Part shown: positions 20,101 to 30,589 of the stretch, in pieces | How the letters are laid out: every line of letters begins with the position of its first letter | Position numbering within the stretch: position 1 is the stretch's first letter | From: an uncultured virus (IMG/VR IMGVR_UViG_3300032167_006623) | Lineage: Duplodnaviria; Heunggongvirae; Uroviricota; Caudoviricetes | Reading direction: 5' to 3' (one strand) | DNA length: 64,000 bases | Virus record (IMG/VR): IMGVR_UViG_3300032167_006623 | Program-made: the position numbers and the translations under genes | Notes under the pieces: generated by a model | Seen by the model: the letters and a program-made list of their open reading frames with translations, nothing else | Databases searched by the model: none | What the model was told of the DNA's origin: nothing

Positions 20101-21017
20101 TCCTTTCCGTTAAAATCCGGACCATAGTATTCATTATAGGATACTGTAATACCGATAAGCCCTGTATCATCTTTGTCAAGAAAAACCATACAGCTTGATA
20201 CATCACCATACTGGTATCGAATACAAGGTCCTCTGTCTGTTGTTATACTTTGAGCTGAATTACTGATATTCGGAAATTCATTCTTTCCGAGCTCATATTC
20301 ATCCATATATTTTAAAATGGGACGTTCATAAAAATTATCGCATCCCAGATAGCTTATCTGATATTTATAAATAACACAATCTCGCATTTCTGACGCAACA
20401 TCATTATAATTATGTACCCACAGAATAACATCGCCATTACGAGCGTCCTTGTCATCATTGAGTTTGATTTCATCATTTGTCCAGAAATCATTTTCAAGAA
20501 TAAGATATCCTGCTTCTCCCGGCTCAAGAATATCAAATTCACGAGCTGTATACCAATGAGATGTATCTATAATATCGCTGACTTTCATTCCGGGTTTGAT
20601 AATCATATTATCAAACTCTACGGTCAAAGCTTTCATATCGCGATTTTCGACCATACCGAGAACACCGTCATAAATTGATTCTTTTTCAGATTCAAAAAGA
20701 AAGCTTAAATCACCAATATTTTCATCAGTATATATTTTCACAGGTTCGGTTGTTTTCGATTCCTCTTCAACAAACATATCAGCTTCATTTATTGTGTCAT
20801 TTGCTGTGTCATTTATTATGTCACTCTCCCCTGTTGATATATTGAGTATATCTGATATACCTGTCTGAGCATTCGCAGGTCCAAGCCCTGCATCAGCTGA
20901 TGAAGTATCAGCTGATGTCTCAGGAGACTTGGATTTGGAGAAGAAAACAATGAAGACGCAAGCTATAATAAGAAACGCAACAGATATTGCGATTATTATT
21001 TTTTTATTCATAAGCAA
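20097..21017 (-). CDS. membrane-anchored tra-region protein
   Basis: N-terminal TM, overlapping neighbours. Confidence 0.7.
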   Translation of the reverse strand: MLMNKKIIIAISVAFLIIACVFIVFFSKSKSPETSADTSSADAGLGPANAQTGISDILNISTGESDIINDTANDTINEADMFVEEESKTTEPVKIYTDENIGDLSFLFESEKESIYDGVLGMVENRDMKALTVEFDNMIIKPGMKVSDIIDTSHWYTAREFDILEPGEAGYLILENDFWTNDEIKLNDDKDARNGDVILWVHNYNDVASEMRDCVIYKYQISYLGCDNFYERPILKYMDEYELGKNEFPNISNSAQSITTDRGPCIRYQYGDVSSCMVFLDKDDTGLIGITVSYNEYYGPDFNGKE

Positions 21018-22310
21018 TCACCTCTGTGGATAAAGAATGACTGCATTATCATCATTTCGTACGGTATAAACTATACCGACACCTGCTGATTTATATTCAA
21101 GAGTCAGAAGCTCAGGAAGATATTCTGTCTGATATTCTTCTTTCAAATCCATATATTGAATCAAGAGCTCCTCGTATTTCGTAATATTATTCCATACTTC
21201 CTGCTCATAAGATGTAGACATAGAACCAAATTCCGACTTAACAGCAGTGCCATCAAGATAAAACCATTCCTCAGTTTTTTTATAAGTATAACGTCTGCTG
21301 TTTTTATCTGCAGAAAGTGCTGCAATATAATCAGGAATAGATATATTCTGAGCATTAGGCACAAGATTATAATAACCTTTGTTTATACTGCCCATATACC
21401 AGTCATACTCAGTACCACCCGGCATAATAGTTGCAGGTATAAACTTACGATAACTGCCCACAACCGTGCCATCCTGACCATAAATATCGATAGTATCAAA
21501 ATAATCGCCCTTAATATACATCGGAAACTCAGGAACCTCGACATTATAGTTATCACGAAGACGTCTCTGATATTCTGTTATTCTATCCATGCAAACAAGT
21601 AAATTATCATAGAATTTAAGAATATCATTACGAATAGCTATCTCATCGTTGACAGTATTGACTTGTCTTTGAATCTCAACAGGGTCAAAATTTGTTCCTG
21701 CGACATGGTTTTCCAAGAAATCAATAGTCTGAGCACTCGTTCCGCCCGGATTAAAATATATATGACACTGGTCATACTGAGCATCAGATGTTGATATGCG
21801 TGTATAAGGCTTTGTATTGCTTGTAAACTTAGCATAGCTTCGAAGTGTAATCTGTTTTAATTGATTTTCGAACGGTATATCCGACCTGAAATACAAACCT
21901 ATAAGACCTGATGAACCAAACATATAGATTTCGCCCTCAATTTGTTCTTCAGGACAACCCGCATTTGACCCATCCCTATTGACATTTGTAAGCAAAACCT
22001 GATAATTGCCTGCATTCATTGCAAGATTGGATGTACCACTGAGCTTCATGAGAACAAAGCTCTGCTTGCGAGCTGTATCAACGTATACTTTGTTTACTGT
22101 TCCTTTTACGCCCGAAAGACTCATCTGAAATGAAGTTGTATATTTTGATACGGAGCTTAAATAGTTATCAAGCTGTTTGTTATAAGAAACCTTGATACTC
22201 ACAAGATTTACAACAAAAACAACAACAACAAAAAGAACCATTACTCCGAATATCTGCATTTTAAAATGCCTTCTGTTTTGCCATATGGCTTTCATTGTGC
22301 CTGCCGCCAT
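21018..22310 (-). CDS. membrane-anchored T4SS-region protein
   Basis: N-terminal TM, 430 aa. Confidence 0.7.
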   Translation of the reverse strand: MAAGTMKAIWQNRRHFKMQIFGVMVLFVVVVFVVNLVSIKVSYNKQLDNYLSSVSKYTTSFQMSLSGVKGTVNKVYVDTARKQSFVLMKLSGTSNLAMNAGNYQVLLTNVNRDGSNAGCPEEQIEGEIYMFGSSGLIGLYFRSDIPFENQLKQITLRSYAKFTSNTKPYTRISTSDAQYDQCHIYFNPGGTSAQTIDFLENHVAGTNFDPVEIQRQVNTVNDEIAIRNDILKFYDNLLVCMDRITEYQRRLRDNYNVEVPEFPMYIKGDYFDTIDIYGQDGTVVGSYRKFIPATIMPGGTEYDWYMGSINKGYYNLVPNAQNISIPDYIAALSADKNSRRYTYKKTEEWFYLDGTAVKSEFGSMSTSYEQEVWNNITKYEELLIQYMDLKEEYQTEYLPELLTLEYKSAGVGIVYTVRNDDNAVILYPQR

Positions 22311-22406
22311 GTGCTGAATACCTCTTTTCTGCCTAAATATTATGCTTATTAAAACAAGACAGGCTGTCGGCCATACACCGACAGCCTGTTGTCATATGCT
22401 GTGCGT

Positions 22407-22583
22407 TTAGATACCTGAAACAAACATACTTTCAAGACCTGTCTGCTGTTCGTTTTGCGGCTGATTTACAGTTGTTGCCACAAGAGCATCAGCAGCTGCA
22501 ACTCTTGCATTCATATCAGGCTTTTTGGGTTGTGAATCACCATTAGTATTTGCAGTAGCAATAAACATATCTTCAATACCCAT
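22407..22583 (-). CDS. 58-aa hypothetical protein (not in ORF track)
   Basis: AGAGAGG RBS; MGIEDMFIATANTNGDSQPKKPDMNARVAAADALV...FVSGI*. Confidence 0.6.
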   Translation of the reverse strand: MGIEDMFIATANTNGDSQPKKPDMNARVAAADALVATTVNQPQNEQQTGLESMFVSGI

Positions 22584-22671
22584 TGTATTTAAACCTCTCT
22601 CTCAAATATAAAAGGGAGTGACAACAGCCACTCCCTTGTCACATGCTCTTAGCCATGCAGCCGAGAGTCAA

Positions 22672-23127
22672 TTATCCAGCCGCAGGTGCAAAACTGGACT
22701 GACCACCAGCATCGCCTGCACCGCCGCCAATACTATCGGCATCACCGATACCTTCTCCGGTACCCAACTGTTCAATGGTATCAGCACCCATAGAGGCAAT
22801 ACCTGTTGCCAAGTTCCAACCACCGAAGATAAGCATACCGCCGACAAGCAAACATGCAATGGACATTACCCAGTTAACCTGACCGCGTCCGCCGCTTGCA
22901 AAGCCCTTAGCAATCTGAACAACAGCAACGATTACAAGAATAACACCGGCAAGTACCATGATATAGTGACCTACCTGCTTCAAGTAATTTGCAGTATTGT
23001 TGAGAAATTTAAGGATGTCGAATCCACCGCCTTCAGTATCAGTAGTAGTAGTGGTATCAAGCAATACATTGTTCATCATCATGGAAGCCTTCATAAGACC
23101 ACCCATAATTGCGCTTGCAAAACCCAT
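22672..23127 (-). CDS. VirB2/TrbC-like pilin
   Basis: Two hydrophobic helices around a basic loop (IAKGFASGGRG); own consensus promoter at 23210-23238; AAGGAGG RBS. Confidence 0.65.
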   Translation of the reverse strand: MGFASAIMGGLMKASMMMNNVLLDTTTTTDTEGGGFDILKFLNNTANYLKQVGHYIMVLAGVILVIVAVVQIAKGFASGGRGQVNWVMSIACLLVGGMLIFGGWNLATGIASMGADTIEQLGTGEGIGDADSIGGGAGDAGGQSSFAPAAG

Positions 23128-23472
23128 GATAGTGTCCTCCTTTCAGTCATAATTACGTCATAATGTGCGTCACAAATCGAAGTCATAGCAACCCCAATTG
23201 CTTGATTATATTATAACAGATAAAATTGGAATTGTCAATAGATTTTTGCAAAAAATACTCATATTCAAGACCATTTTGCAATATTACTAAAAACAAAATG
23301 CAAACAACCGTTAAATGGCTGTTTGCATTTTAAACATGGATAATAATTTTTCAAAAAGTGCTTCAAATGACGTATCTACGACGTTTAAAGCGCTTTTTGT
23401 TTCTCCAATGCATTAGAATATTTACTCTAATATATTAGAGCATTTACTCTAATTAAATTAGAATAATCTGAT

Positions 23473-24366
23473 TTATGTTGGTATATCAGATGGATTAGCA
23501 CCCGGAAGAACGGTATCATCATCACCTGAATTATTCGAACCGCCTGTAATATCACCTGAAAAATCATCTTCTGATTGACTCGGAGCTCCTTGGCTGTCAA
23601 CAATATTGATAACGGTATCCTTTGTGGCTGCCGATAAGACATCGCGAAGCCACTTCCAACCTTCGCTGTTCTCAGTGGGTGTAGCTGCAAACATGCAGGA
23701 ACCGAGAATAACCATTGCCGCAAGCTTGGGTATAGAAAGCTGACCCTTACCGCCTGTGATGAAATGTTTTCCTACCTGATAAATCGCAATAACAACAAGG
23801 CAAACACCTGTTGCTATAACTAAAGCTGTACCCAATGGTACCATGAAACCTGAAGAAATAATTCCAAGACCATTACGAGCCTTAGCAATACTCGCACTTC
23901 CGCCTGTATTGGACGGTGGTGTGTCACCCTCGGTGCCGTCACCTTCGCCTGTATCGTCACCCTCGCCTGTATCATCGCTTGTGGAACCACCACTATTAAA
24001 ATCATTAATAGCAGTAGGCGTACTGCCATTCATCATTTCTTCCAATGTTGTTTTTCCGAAACCGCCGAATTTTTCTCCTGTAAAGATTGTACTCCAACCC
24101 GCTGTAATCAAAATACCACCGAACAGCAGACAGCAGATTGTTATACCCCAATTACCACGTCCACCGGCAGCAAAAGCCTTTACTATCTGCCATATAGCCA
24201 TACAAACAGCTATAACACCAAGAATCAAGACTATATATGAGCCTATGGCTTTCATGTAATCAGCAACATTTGTACAGATTTTTGCAAAAAAGCTCTCGCC
24301 TGAACCATTTGTATCAGCAACAGCTTCCGTAGCATCAAGTAAAACTGACCAAAACATTCTGCTCAC
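23473..24366 (-). CDS. tandem two-domain VirB2-like pilin
   Basis: Two copies of the pilin pattern (IVKAFAAGGRG and VGKHFITGGKG) joined by an acidic linker. Confidence 0.6.
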   Translation of the reverse strand: MSRMFWSVLLDATEAVADTNGSGESFFAKICTNVADYMKAIGSYIVLILGVIAVCMAIWQIVKAFAAGGRGNWGITICCLLFGGILITAGWSTIFTGEKFGGFGKTTLEEMMNGSTPTAINDFNSGGSTSDDTGEGDDTGEGDGTEGDTPPSNTGGSASIAKARNGLGIISSGFMVPLGTALVIATGVCLVVIAIYQVGKHFITGGKGQLSIPKLAAMVILGSCMFAATPTENSEGWKWLRDVLSAATKDTVINIVDSQGAPSQSEDDFSGDITGGSNNSGDDDTVLPGANPSDIPT

Positions 24367-24421
24367 TTCCTTTCCGCTTATGTGAGCAAGGGGTTTTCAC
24401 CCCTCACTCTCATATTGCTTA

Positions 24422-27400
24422 TTAATCTTTATTCCGATTAGTTGAACCGCCGTCAAGGTTTTCGTCTCTGCCGAAAAAGCCTCGTGTTGTATCTGTACCG
24501 AATGTTTGAGGTTCTGTTTCAACATTCTCAGTATCATCTGTCATATCGGGAAGTGAGAAATCCGAATCATTATCGTCAGTATTGCCACCCGTTATCTTAC
24601 TGATAATGCTCTGGATGACCTTTGTATGCTTGCCCGTATTGGCAGGATTGGAACCAACACCGTGAATTACACTGGTTCCTGTCTGAACCATTGTAGGTGA
24701 ACCCGCAAGATTGATAGTATACGCTTCATCACTCATTTCAGCTGCATTGGATGCTCCTGTGAAATCAAGATTGCCGATGTTCTGAGGATTCATGAAATTG
24801 AGATTGCTCATATCAACATTGCCTGAACCGGAAGTGCTGTATGGGTCTGCACCGTAAACACCTGCATTGAGATTGAGACTCTGAGTATTCATATTAGGTA
24901 TCTGAATACCGCTCAACTCAGGCATCTGGATATTACTGAATGCAGGATTTGTATCCATCTGTGCAATGAAATCATTTGCACCCTGCATATTAGAGCTGAA
25001 CTGAGCTACTGACTCGGCATATGCGTCATTGAGTCTTGTTATAGAATTTGTCTCAGTGATGGTTTCACCCTTGGAGTTCATATAAACTACGCTGCTTTCA
25101 CCATCTGCTGAAATATTCTCAACTCTGCTTGTACCGTCAGGCTGACGAATGATATTGACCCTGCTGCCATCAGTATTAGTCTTACTGGAAGCATAAGTAC
25201 CGTTAGGCATTTCAAATACGGTCTTCGAATCGCCGTCTGCTTCTGTGGTCACACTGTAAGTCTGACCTGCAGCTGTCGTAAATGTTCTTGTAAGGTCGCC
25301 CGTTACAGAATCATTGGACTGAGTCATTGTTATACCTGCATATTCAGTCTCAGTAGTAGTGATAGAACCGCTTCTTATAGCACTTGTCTCAATACCTGTA
25401 CTGCTTACATGCTTGTAAGTAGTAACACCGTCATCGGACGTAATCACAGTGCTGCCGCCATTAGAATGTGTAACCTCGGATGTAAAGTCACCGTCAGCCT
25501 CAACTACGCTGTTAACAACATCTCCGTTGCCGAGGGTCTGCTGAATAACAGTATTACCTGTTGCTTCATCAACTCTCTGTGTATAGGATGTACCTGCGCC
25601 ATTGGAAGAAGACATGTATGTGACATGTCCGCCCTCGCTGTCAATAATGGTCTGATGACCGATAGCGTCTGTCTTTTCATAATGTTCAACAGCATTGCTG
25701 CCTGAACCTGTACGTTCAACCTCGACAGTACCGCCGCCTGCAAGCTGAACAGTCTGTTTGTAATCACCGTCTGCTTCAAGTACGGAAGAACCGCTGTTGC
25801 CCCCTGCGTGTACAAATGTTGTGGAAACATTGCCGGACTGAGCATCATAGGATGTAACTGTTTCTGAACCAACGCCGTCTGTAACAGTAGTAACTCTGTC
25901 ACCGGAAACAACATTTTCAGTCTCAGTAATACCGCCGCCTGTTGTGTAAGTCTGACTTGTAACTGTCTGTCTGTCAGCACCAGAGCCAACAGTTTCGGTA
26001 GAAATAGTACCGCCTGCAATGTTGGTATAGCTGAAGCCACCATTATCATTTTCAGGAACATCAATTCTGTCAATTTCATTTCCACCTGCATCGGTAACGA
26101 TTGTTTCACCCTCACCGTGCTTATTGATAGTAGTAACACGCTTTTCACCTGCAGAAACATCACTTTCTGTGATAGTATAGCTGCCATCGCCATGTGCTTC
26201 GGTAACGCTCATATCACCATTAGCGGCTGTTTCTGTAGTAACAACATGACCATTGCCGTAATCAATAGTCTCTGTTGTACCGGTAGCAGTTGTTGTAACA
26301 GTCTTGTTATAAGAACCTGTAGCATCTTCTCCCGCAGTTGTTTCACTCTGGTAAAGAACTTCCATACCATTAGCCGAACGAACTGTAGTGCTGACACTGT
26401 CTGCAACAGTATCATTACCATAATCAGTAGTAGTTTCAACTGTTGTACCGTCATCACGAACAGATGTAACAGTCTCTGTTCTGCTGCCGTCAGCCTCGGT
26501 AACAACCTTTGTGGTTACACCGTTAGCAGTTGTTGTCTCAACAACGGAACCATCCTCAAGCTGCTGATAACCCGAAGAGATTTCCTGACCATTAGCGTCA
26601 AACTTAGTAACCTCACGAGCTGTAACTTCGCCCTCAGAATTTGTCGCTGTAACAGTTGTGACACCGTTGACTTCTTCAGTCTTAACGGAATTACCTGCGG
26701 AATCAATCTGTTCAACAGATTCATAACCTGTTGTAGCGTTTGTTTCGGTAATAGTTGTATTACCGTTTGCATCTGCAACAGTCTCACGAGTGCTTCCGTC
26801 AGCTGCTGTTTCAGTATGCTTATAAGTTGTACCGTCGAGACCTGATGTGATTTCTTCAACATCACCGTCAGCATTTGTTCTTGTGACCTTAACATTGGAG
26901 CCAAGACCATCAAAGCTTGCTTCTGTTGTCTCTGTGGTACCATCTGTACCTGTATAAGTTGTGGACATACCGTTTTCACTGATATTAGTAACCGTCTTGT
27001 TACCTTCATCATCAACAGAAGATGTACTGATACCATTTGCACCGATTGCTACATCGGAAACAGTACCATCTTCACCAACAGTAGTCATTACAATACCTCT
27101 TGCAGGGTCAAAGCTTATGCCGCTTTCTGCACCTGTAGAGTTATCAACCTGCTGCCATTCTGTACCCTGTTCGATTTCTTCAGTCTCAACAGAACCAGAT
27201 GTATCAATATTGCCTGTATCTTCAGAGTTCTTGACATCGGCAAGAACAGTATCAGAATCGGCATCAAGACCTCTGCGTCCACCGCGACCTGTGCCACCTC
27301 TTGCAGAACCGCCCTCAGCTGTTTCATCACCTGTATTTTCAGTTGTTTCCTCAGCTTCTTCTGCATCATCTGCATTATTGGATGTAGGCTTCTTCTTGAA

Positions 27401-30400
27401 TTTGATACCCAAAGCAGCAAACGCTTCGTTATTATTCTCACCTTCAGCTGTTTCTTCAGAGCTTTCATTGCCAACACTGAGTGTTTCGGCATTAACAGCA
27501 TCTGCTTCAACTGTATCAGCTGTAATATCACTTCGAGTCATAATTTCATTACCATTATTATCGGTAAATATAGCGTCACCATTTTCAGCGGCTTCCTTAG
27601 CCCATTCAGCCTGCTGTTCTGCTGTACCGCCATAGTAATAACCGCCCAATGCAGTTCCATCACCAACTTCAGTACCCTCAGCTGTTTCAGCATTTTCTGC
27701 AGCTTCAGAACCTTCGGTATTTTCATCCGTCTTATCAGACTTATCATCAGGACGACGACCTGCACCGCCGAACAGACCTGTCTCACTCTTATGTGCGGTT
27801 TCTTTCGGACCAAAACCGTTGAAAAGAGCATCAAGACCATCAGCTTTTCTTTCGCTGTCAAAATCACCGGCTCCTGCACCGCCATCAAAAGCAGCATTTT
27901 CTGTAGGATTAACAGCTGCATCAGCAGCAGTACCGGCAACCTCAGATGCTGGCTGTCCGTCTTCGCCGTCTTCACCTGAAATGGAATTGAAATCATTTGC
28001 GATATCATTACCCATATCACGAGCAGCATCAGCAGCTGCACCGGCACCTGCAACAGCACCGGCACCTGCAAGAACTCTGCCTGCATCACCAAGAGCAGCC
28101 TTAGCCATGTTGCCAAGAACACCTTCGGAAGTACCATTGAGCTGAACACCAAGTAATGTGCCAACTACATTTTCAACCATGCCGTTGAGAGTAGTCATAA
28201 TAAACGCACGCCATTTGATAGCAAAGCTTACAAAGAAAACAATCACGAAAGTAGCAAGAATTGAAGATATGATTACCATGACTTCACCTATATATGCACT
28301 TTCTATTGCACTTTCGCTCATACCACCACTTATGGCATCAAACACTTCTTTAAAGAAATGGTCCATAATCGATGTTGTCATAAACATCAGGTCAACCATA
28401 AATGAGAAAAAGATAACTGTTACAAAAAGCTGAGCAATCATGTTAATGGTCATACAGATACAAGTACCAATTGATTTATAGAAACCAATAGCTGCAAATA
28501 ACGCATGACCCATAAGCTGAATGCCTTTGAACAGAATATCAAAAGCCGTCTTGAATACAAAGAACACAGCCATTACAAAATATCCAAGCAAAATTGCTAT
28601 CATATTTGCAAAAAACGCCGTCTTCATTACAAAATCTCCACCTATGAGATTGACAGAATAATGCGCATTTTGTGTATAAACGGATGGCGCTCCGCCATAC
28701 ACAATTACCTCTGATTGTGTAAACTCGGATGTCAAATATGTATACATTGACATTGTGGAAAAACCAACATCTTTACCACAATCATAACCATTAAATACTG
28801 ATGACCCAGCTGTTGTTGCAGACCCAATATAAGTCATACCCAAAGCACCACCCGTAGCCACAGTATCAGCATTTTCTGAATCAGTATATCCTGAATTTGA
28901 CGTTGCTATAGTGCCATTATTCCAGATATTATAATTTGTCTTTGCCCAGTTTTTATCTGTAAATCTTACAGTAGCAACTTCTGAATATTTTTTTGCTTGG
29001 TCAGGATTCTTAGGGTCATAATATCCTGTTTCACTACCTTGTAAACTATGAACTTGTCTTGTGGCATATGGTGAAAATGAATATTTATCACATGATAATG
29101 CCAGCATATCACCATAGGTCGCTGTGGATGATTGTTTTTGCATCCATGCAATAGAACCACTTTCAAAGTCAACAGCTGAATATTTGGTACTATTCAAATA
29201 TCGCTGAATTAATGAATTAATATTATAACGATTACTGTAATTAGAACTTCCTGATGACGTCGCATTTATCGAAAGATTATTACCGGATGTATCATAAATA
29301 AAATCTTTGAGTAAAGCACCTGAATTACTTACTGTCAAATTTGTTTCAACAGTTTCAAAAACACCATTTGTTTGATTTAACTTATAGCACATTTCTCGCA
29401 AATCCAACCACTGCTGTCCCGGCACAATTGCGTCTGAAGATTTAGCGTTTTGTCTGGTTATTATCGACATAGAATCAGCAGGTGCCAATCTATTTTGCTT
29501 AACCCATGCCTCAAAATCAAGAAAGGTATAACTTACAGCTTGTGCAAGAAATTCATCAGACATAGCTTGTGATTCTTTAAGTTGGTCAAGAACTTGTGTA
29601 TAAGCAGAACCAAGAATAGGAATTCCGACAGCAATAAAAACAACTCTTACTAAAAATTTCTTAAGATTGCTTCCTATACTATAACGACCGCGACGAGTCA
29701 GGAAAAATGCAATAACAATAAATATCAATGCTAATGGTATAGATACAGCCCATGCAAATTCAGTAAACATGTTATAAATATTACCGAAAAATACAGCCAA
29801 ATCTTTTATTCCTTCTTCAGAACCTATTTTACCTGTGGCTTTGTTATAAATACCAGTAAGCTCTGCTGAACCACTTTGCGACCCTGTATTTATATCTTTA
29901 AAAAACATAAACGGGTTTGTTGCTTCGAGAAAATCGAATGTCATTTCAAATAACACGTTTACAGCACTGGCTGCTTTATATGACCACAAAGCAACATTAC
30001 CATAAAGAGTTCGTGTTGTATCAGGAGCAGCTGACCCAACTTCATCAAAACCCATAAGGCTCAATAAAAGGCCATAACCTCTATACTGAAAAGCAGATAC
30101 TGTTATATCTCCAGCCGCATCTGATGCACCGCCATTAAAACTTTTGAATATATCAGCAGCATAAGCAACCGAAGAATCACTATTTCGCGACATACGTGCA
30201 AATTCAGGACTATTCAATACATCATCCTCAACTTCACCCTCAGTATATCCAAAAAATGGAGCAACATTTGACATTTTCAATGCACGTGCATATACATCAT
30301 TACCTATAGAATTTTGTACAGATGATTGTCTGTTAGCATAATTTGTTGCCATTCTGACCTGATATGCAAAAGATTGGTCAATGTTGATTTCATTCCAAAA

Positions 30401-30589
30401 GTCAATATCGTCTGAAAGATTTTTTTGACCTTCATTCTTACGGTCATCTTTTGCTTTACCTGTAATACCAGCTGTTGTATCAGCATGAGCCGTAATTCCA
30501 AAAAAATTAACAGGAACAATGCTGACAGCAAGGGTCAATGCCGTTGCTGTCGCTATAATTTTTGAAAAGATGTTACTTTTCACCGTCAC
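24422..30589 (-). CDS. VirB6-like polytopic T4SS protein with giant T/G/E-rich C-terminal extension
   Basis: Signal peptide, multi-TM core at about aa 200-830, more than 1000 aa of Thr-rich xDGx turn repeats. Confidence 0.7.
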   Translation of the reverse strand: MTVKSNIFSKIIATATALTLAVSIVPVNFFGITAHADTTAGITGKAKDDRKNEGQKNLSDDIDFWNEINIDQSFAYQVRMATNYANRQSSVQNSIGNDVYARALKMSNVAPFFGYTEGEVEDDVLNSPEFARMSRNSDSSVAYAADIFKSFNGGASDAAGDITVSAFQYRGYGLLLSLMGFDEVGSAAPDTTRTLYGNVALWSYKAASAVNVLFEMTFDFLEATNPFMFFKDINTGSQSGSAELTGIYNKATGKIGSEEGIKDLAVFFGNIYNMFTEFAWAVSIPLALIFIVIAFFLTRRGRYSIGSNLKKFLVRVVFIAVGIPILGSAYTQVLDQLKESQAMSDEFLAQAVSYTFLDFEAWVKQNRLAPADSMSIITRQNAKSSDAIVPGQQWLDLREMCYKLNQTNGVFETVETNLTVSNSGALLKDFIYDTSGNNLSINATSSGSSNYSNRYNINSLIQRYLNSTKYSAVDFESGSIAWMQKQSSTATYGDMLALSCDKYSFSPYATRQVHSLQGSETGYYDPKNPDQAKKYSEVATVRFTDKNWAKTNYNIWNNGTIATSNSGYTDSENADTVATGGALGMTYIGSATTAGSSVFNGYDCGKDVGFSTMSMYTYLTSEFTQSEVIVYGGAPSVYTQNAHYSVNLIGGDFVMKTAFFANMIAILLGYFVMAVFFVFKTAFDILFKGIQLMGHALFAAIGFYKSIGTCICMTINMIAQLFVTVIFFSFMVDLMFMTTSIMDHFFKEVFDAISGGMSESAIESAYIGEVMVIISSILATFVIVFFVSFAIKWRAFIMTTLNGMVENVVGTLLGVQLNGTSEGVLGNMAKAALGDAGRVLAGAGAVAGAGAAADAARDMGNDIANDFNSISGEDGEDGQPASEVAGTAADAAVNPTENAAFDGGAGAGDFDSERKADGLDALFNGFGPKETAHKSETGLFGGAGRRPDDKSDKTDENTEGSEAAENAETAEGTEVGDGTALGGYYYGGTAEQQAEWAKEAAENGDAIFTDNNGNEIMTRSDITADTVEADAVNAETLSVGNESSEETAEGENNNEAFAALGIKFKKKPTSNNADDAEEAEETTENTGDETAEGGSARGGTGRGGRRGLDADSDTVLADVKNSEDTGNIDTSGSVETEEIEQGTEWQQVDNSTGAESGISFDPARGIVMTTVGEDGTVSDVAIGANGISTSSVDDEGNKTVTNISENGMSTTYTGTDGTTETTEASFDGLGSNVKVTRTNADGDVEEITSGLDGTTYKHTETAADGSTRETVADANGNTTITETNATTGYESVEQIDSAGNSVKTEEVNGVTTVTATNSEGEVTAREVTKFDANGQEISSGYQQLEDGSVVETTTANGVTTKVVTEADGSRTETVTSVRDDGTTVETTTDYGNDTVADSVSTTVRSANGMEVLYQSETTAGEDATGSYNKTVTTTATGTTETIDYGNGHVVTTETAANGDMSVTEAHGDGSYTITESDVSAGEKRVTTINKHGEGETIVTDAGGNEIDRIDVPENDNGGFSYTNIAGGTISTETVGSGADRQTVTSQTYTTGGGITETENVVSGDRVTTVTDGVGSETVTSYDAQSGNVSTTFVHAGGNSGSSVLEADGDYKQTVQLAGGGTVEVERTGSGSNAVEHYEKTDAIGHQTIIDSEGGHVTYMSSSNGAGTSYTQRVDEATGNTVIQQTLGNGDVVNSVVEADGDFTSEVTHSNGGSTVITSDDGVTTYKHVSSTGIETSAIRSGSITTTETEYAGITMTQSNDSVTGDLTRTFTTAAGQTYSVTTEADGDSKTVFEMPNGTYASSKTNTDGSRVNIIRQPDGTSRVENISADGESSVVYMNSKGETITETNSITRLNDAYAESVAQFSSNMQGANDFIAQMDTNPAFSNIQMPELSGIQIPNMNTQSLNLNAGVYGADPYSTSGSGNVDMSNLNFMNPQNIGNLDFTGASNAAEMSDEAYTINLAGSPTMVQTGTSVIHGVGSNPANTGKHTKVIQSIISKITGGNTDDNDSDFSLPDMTDDTENVETEPQTFGTDTTRGFFGRDENLDGGSTNRNKD

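Noticed and set aside
25409..28433. Long overlapping ORFs within the VirB6-like gene
   Set aside because: Shadow frames from biased codon use in a repetitive gene; no RBS or motifs
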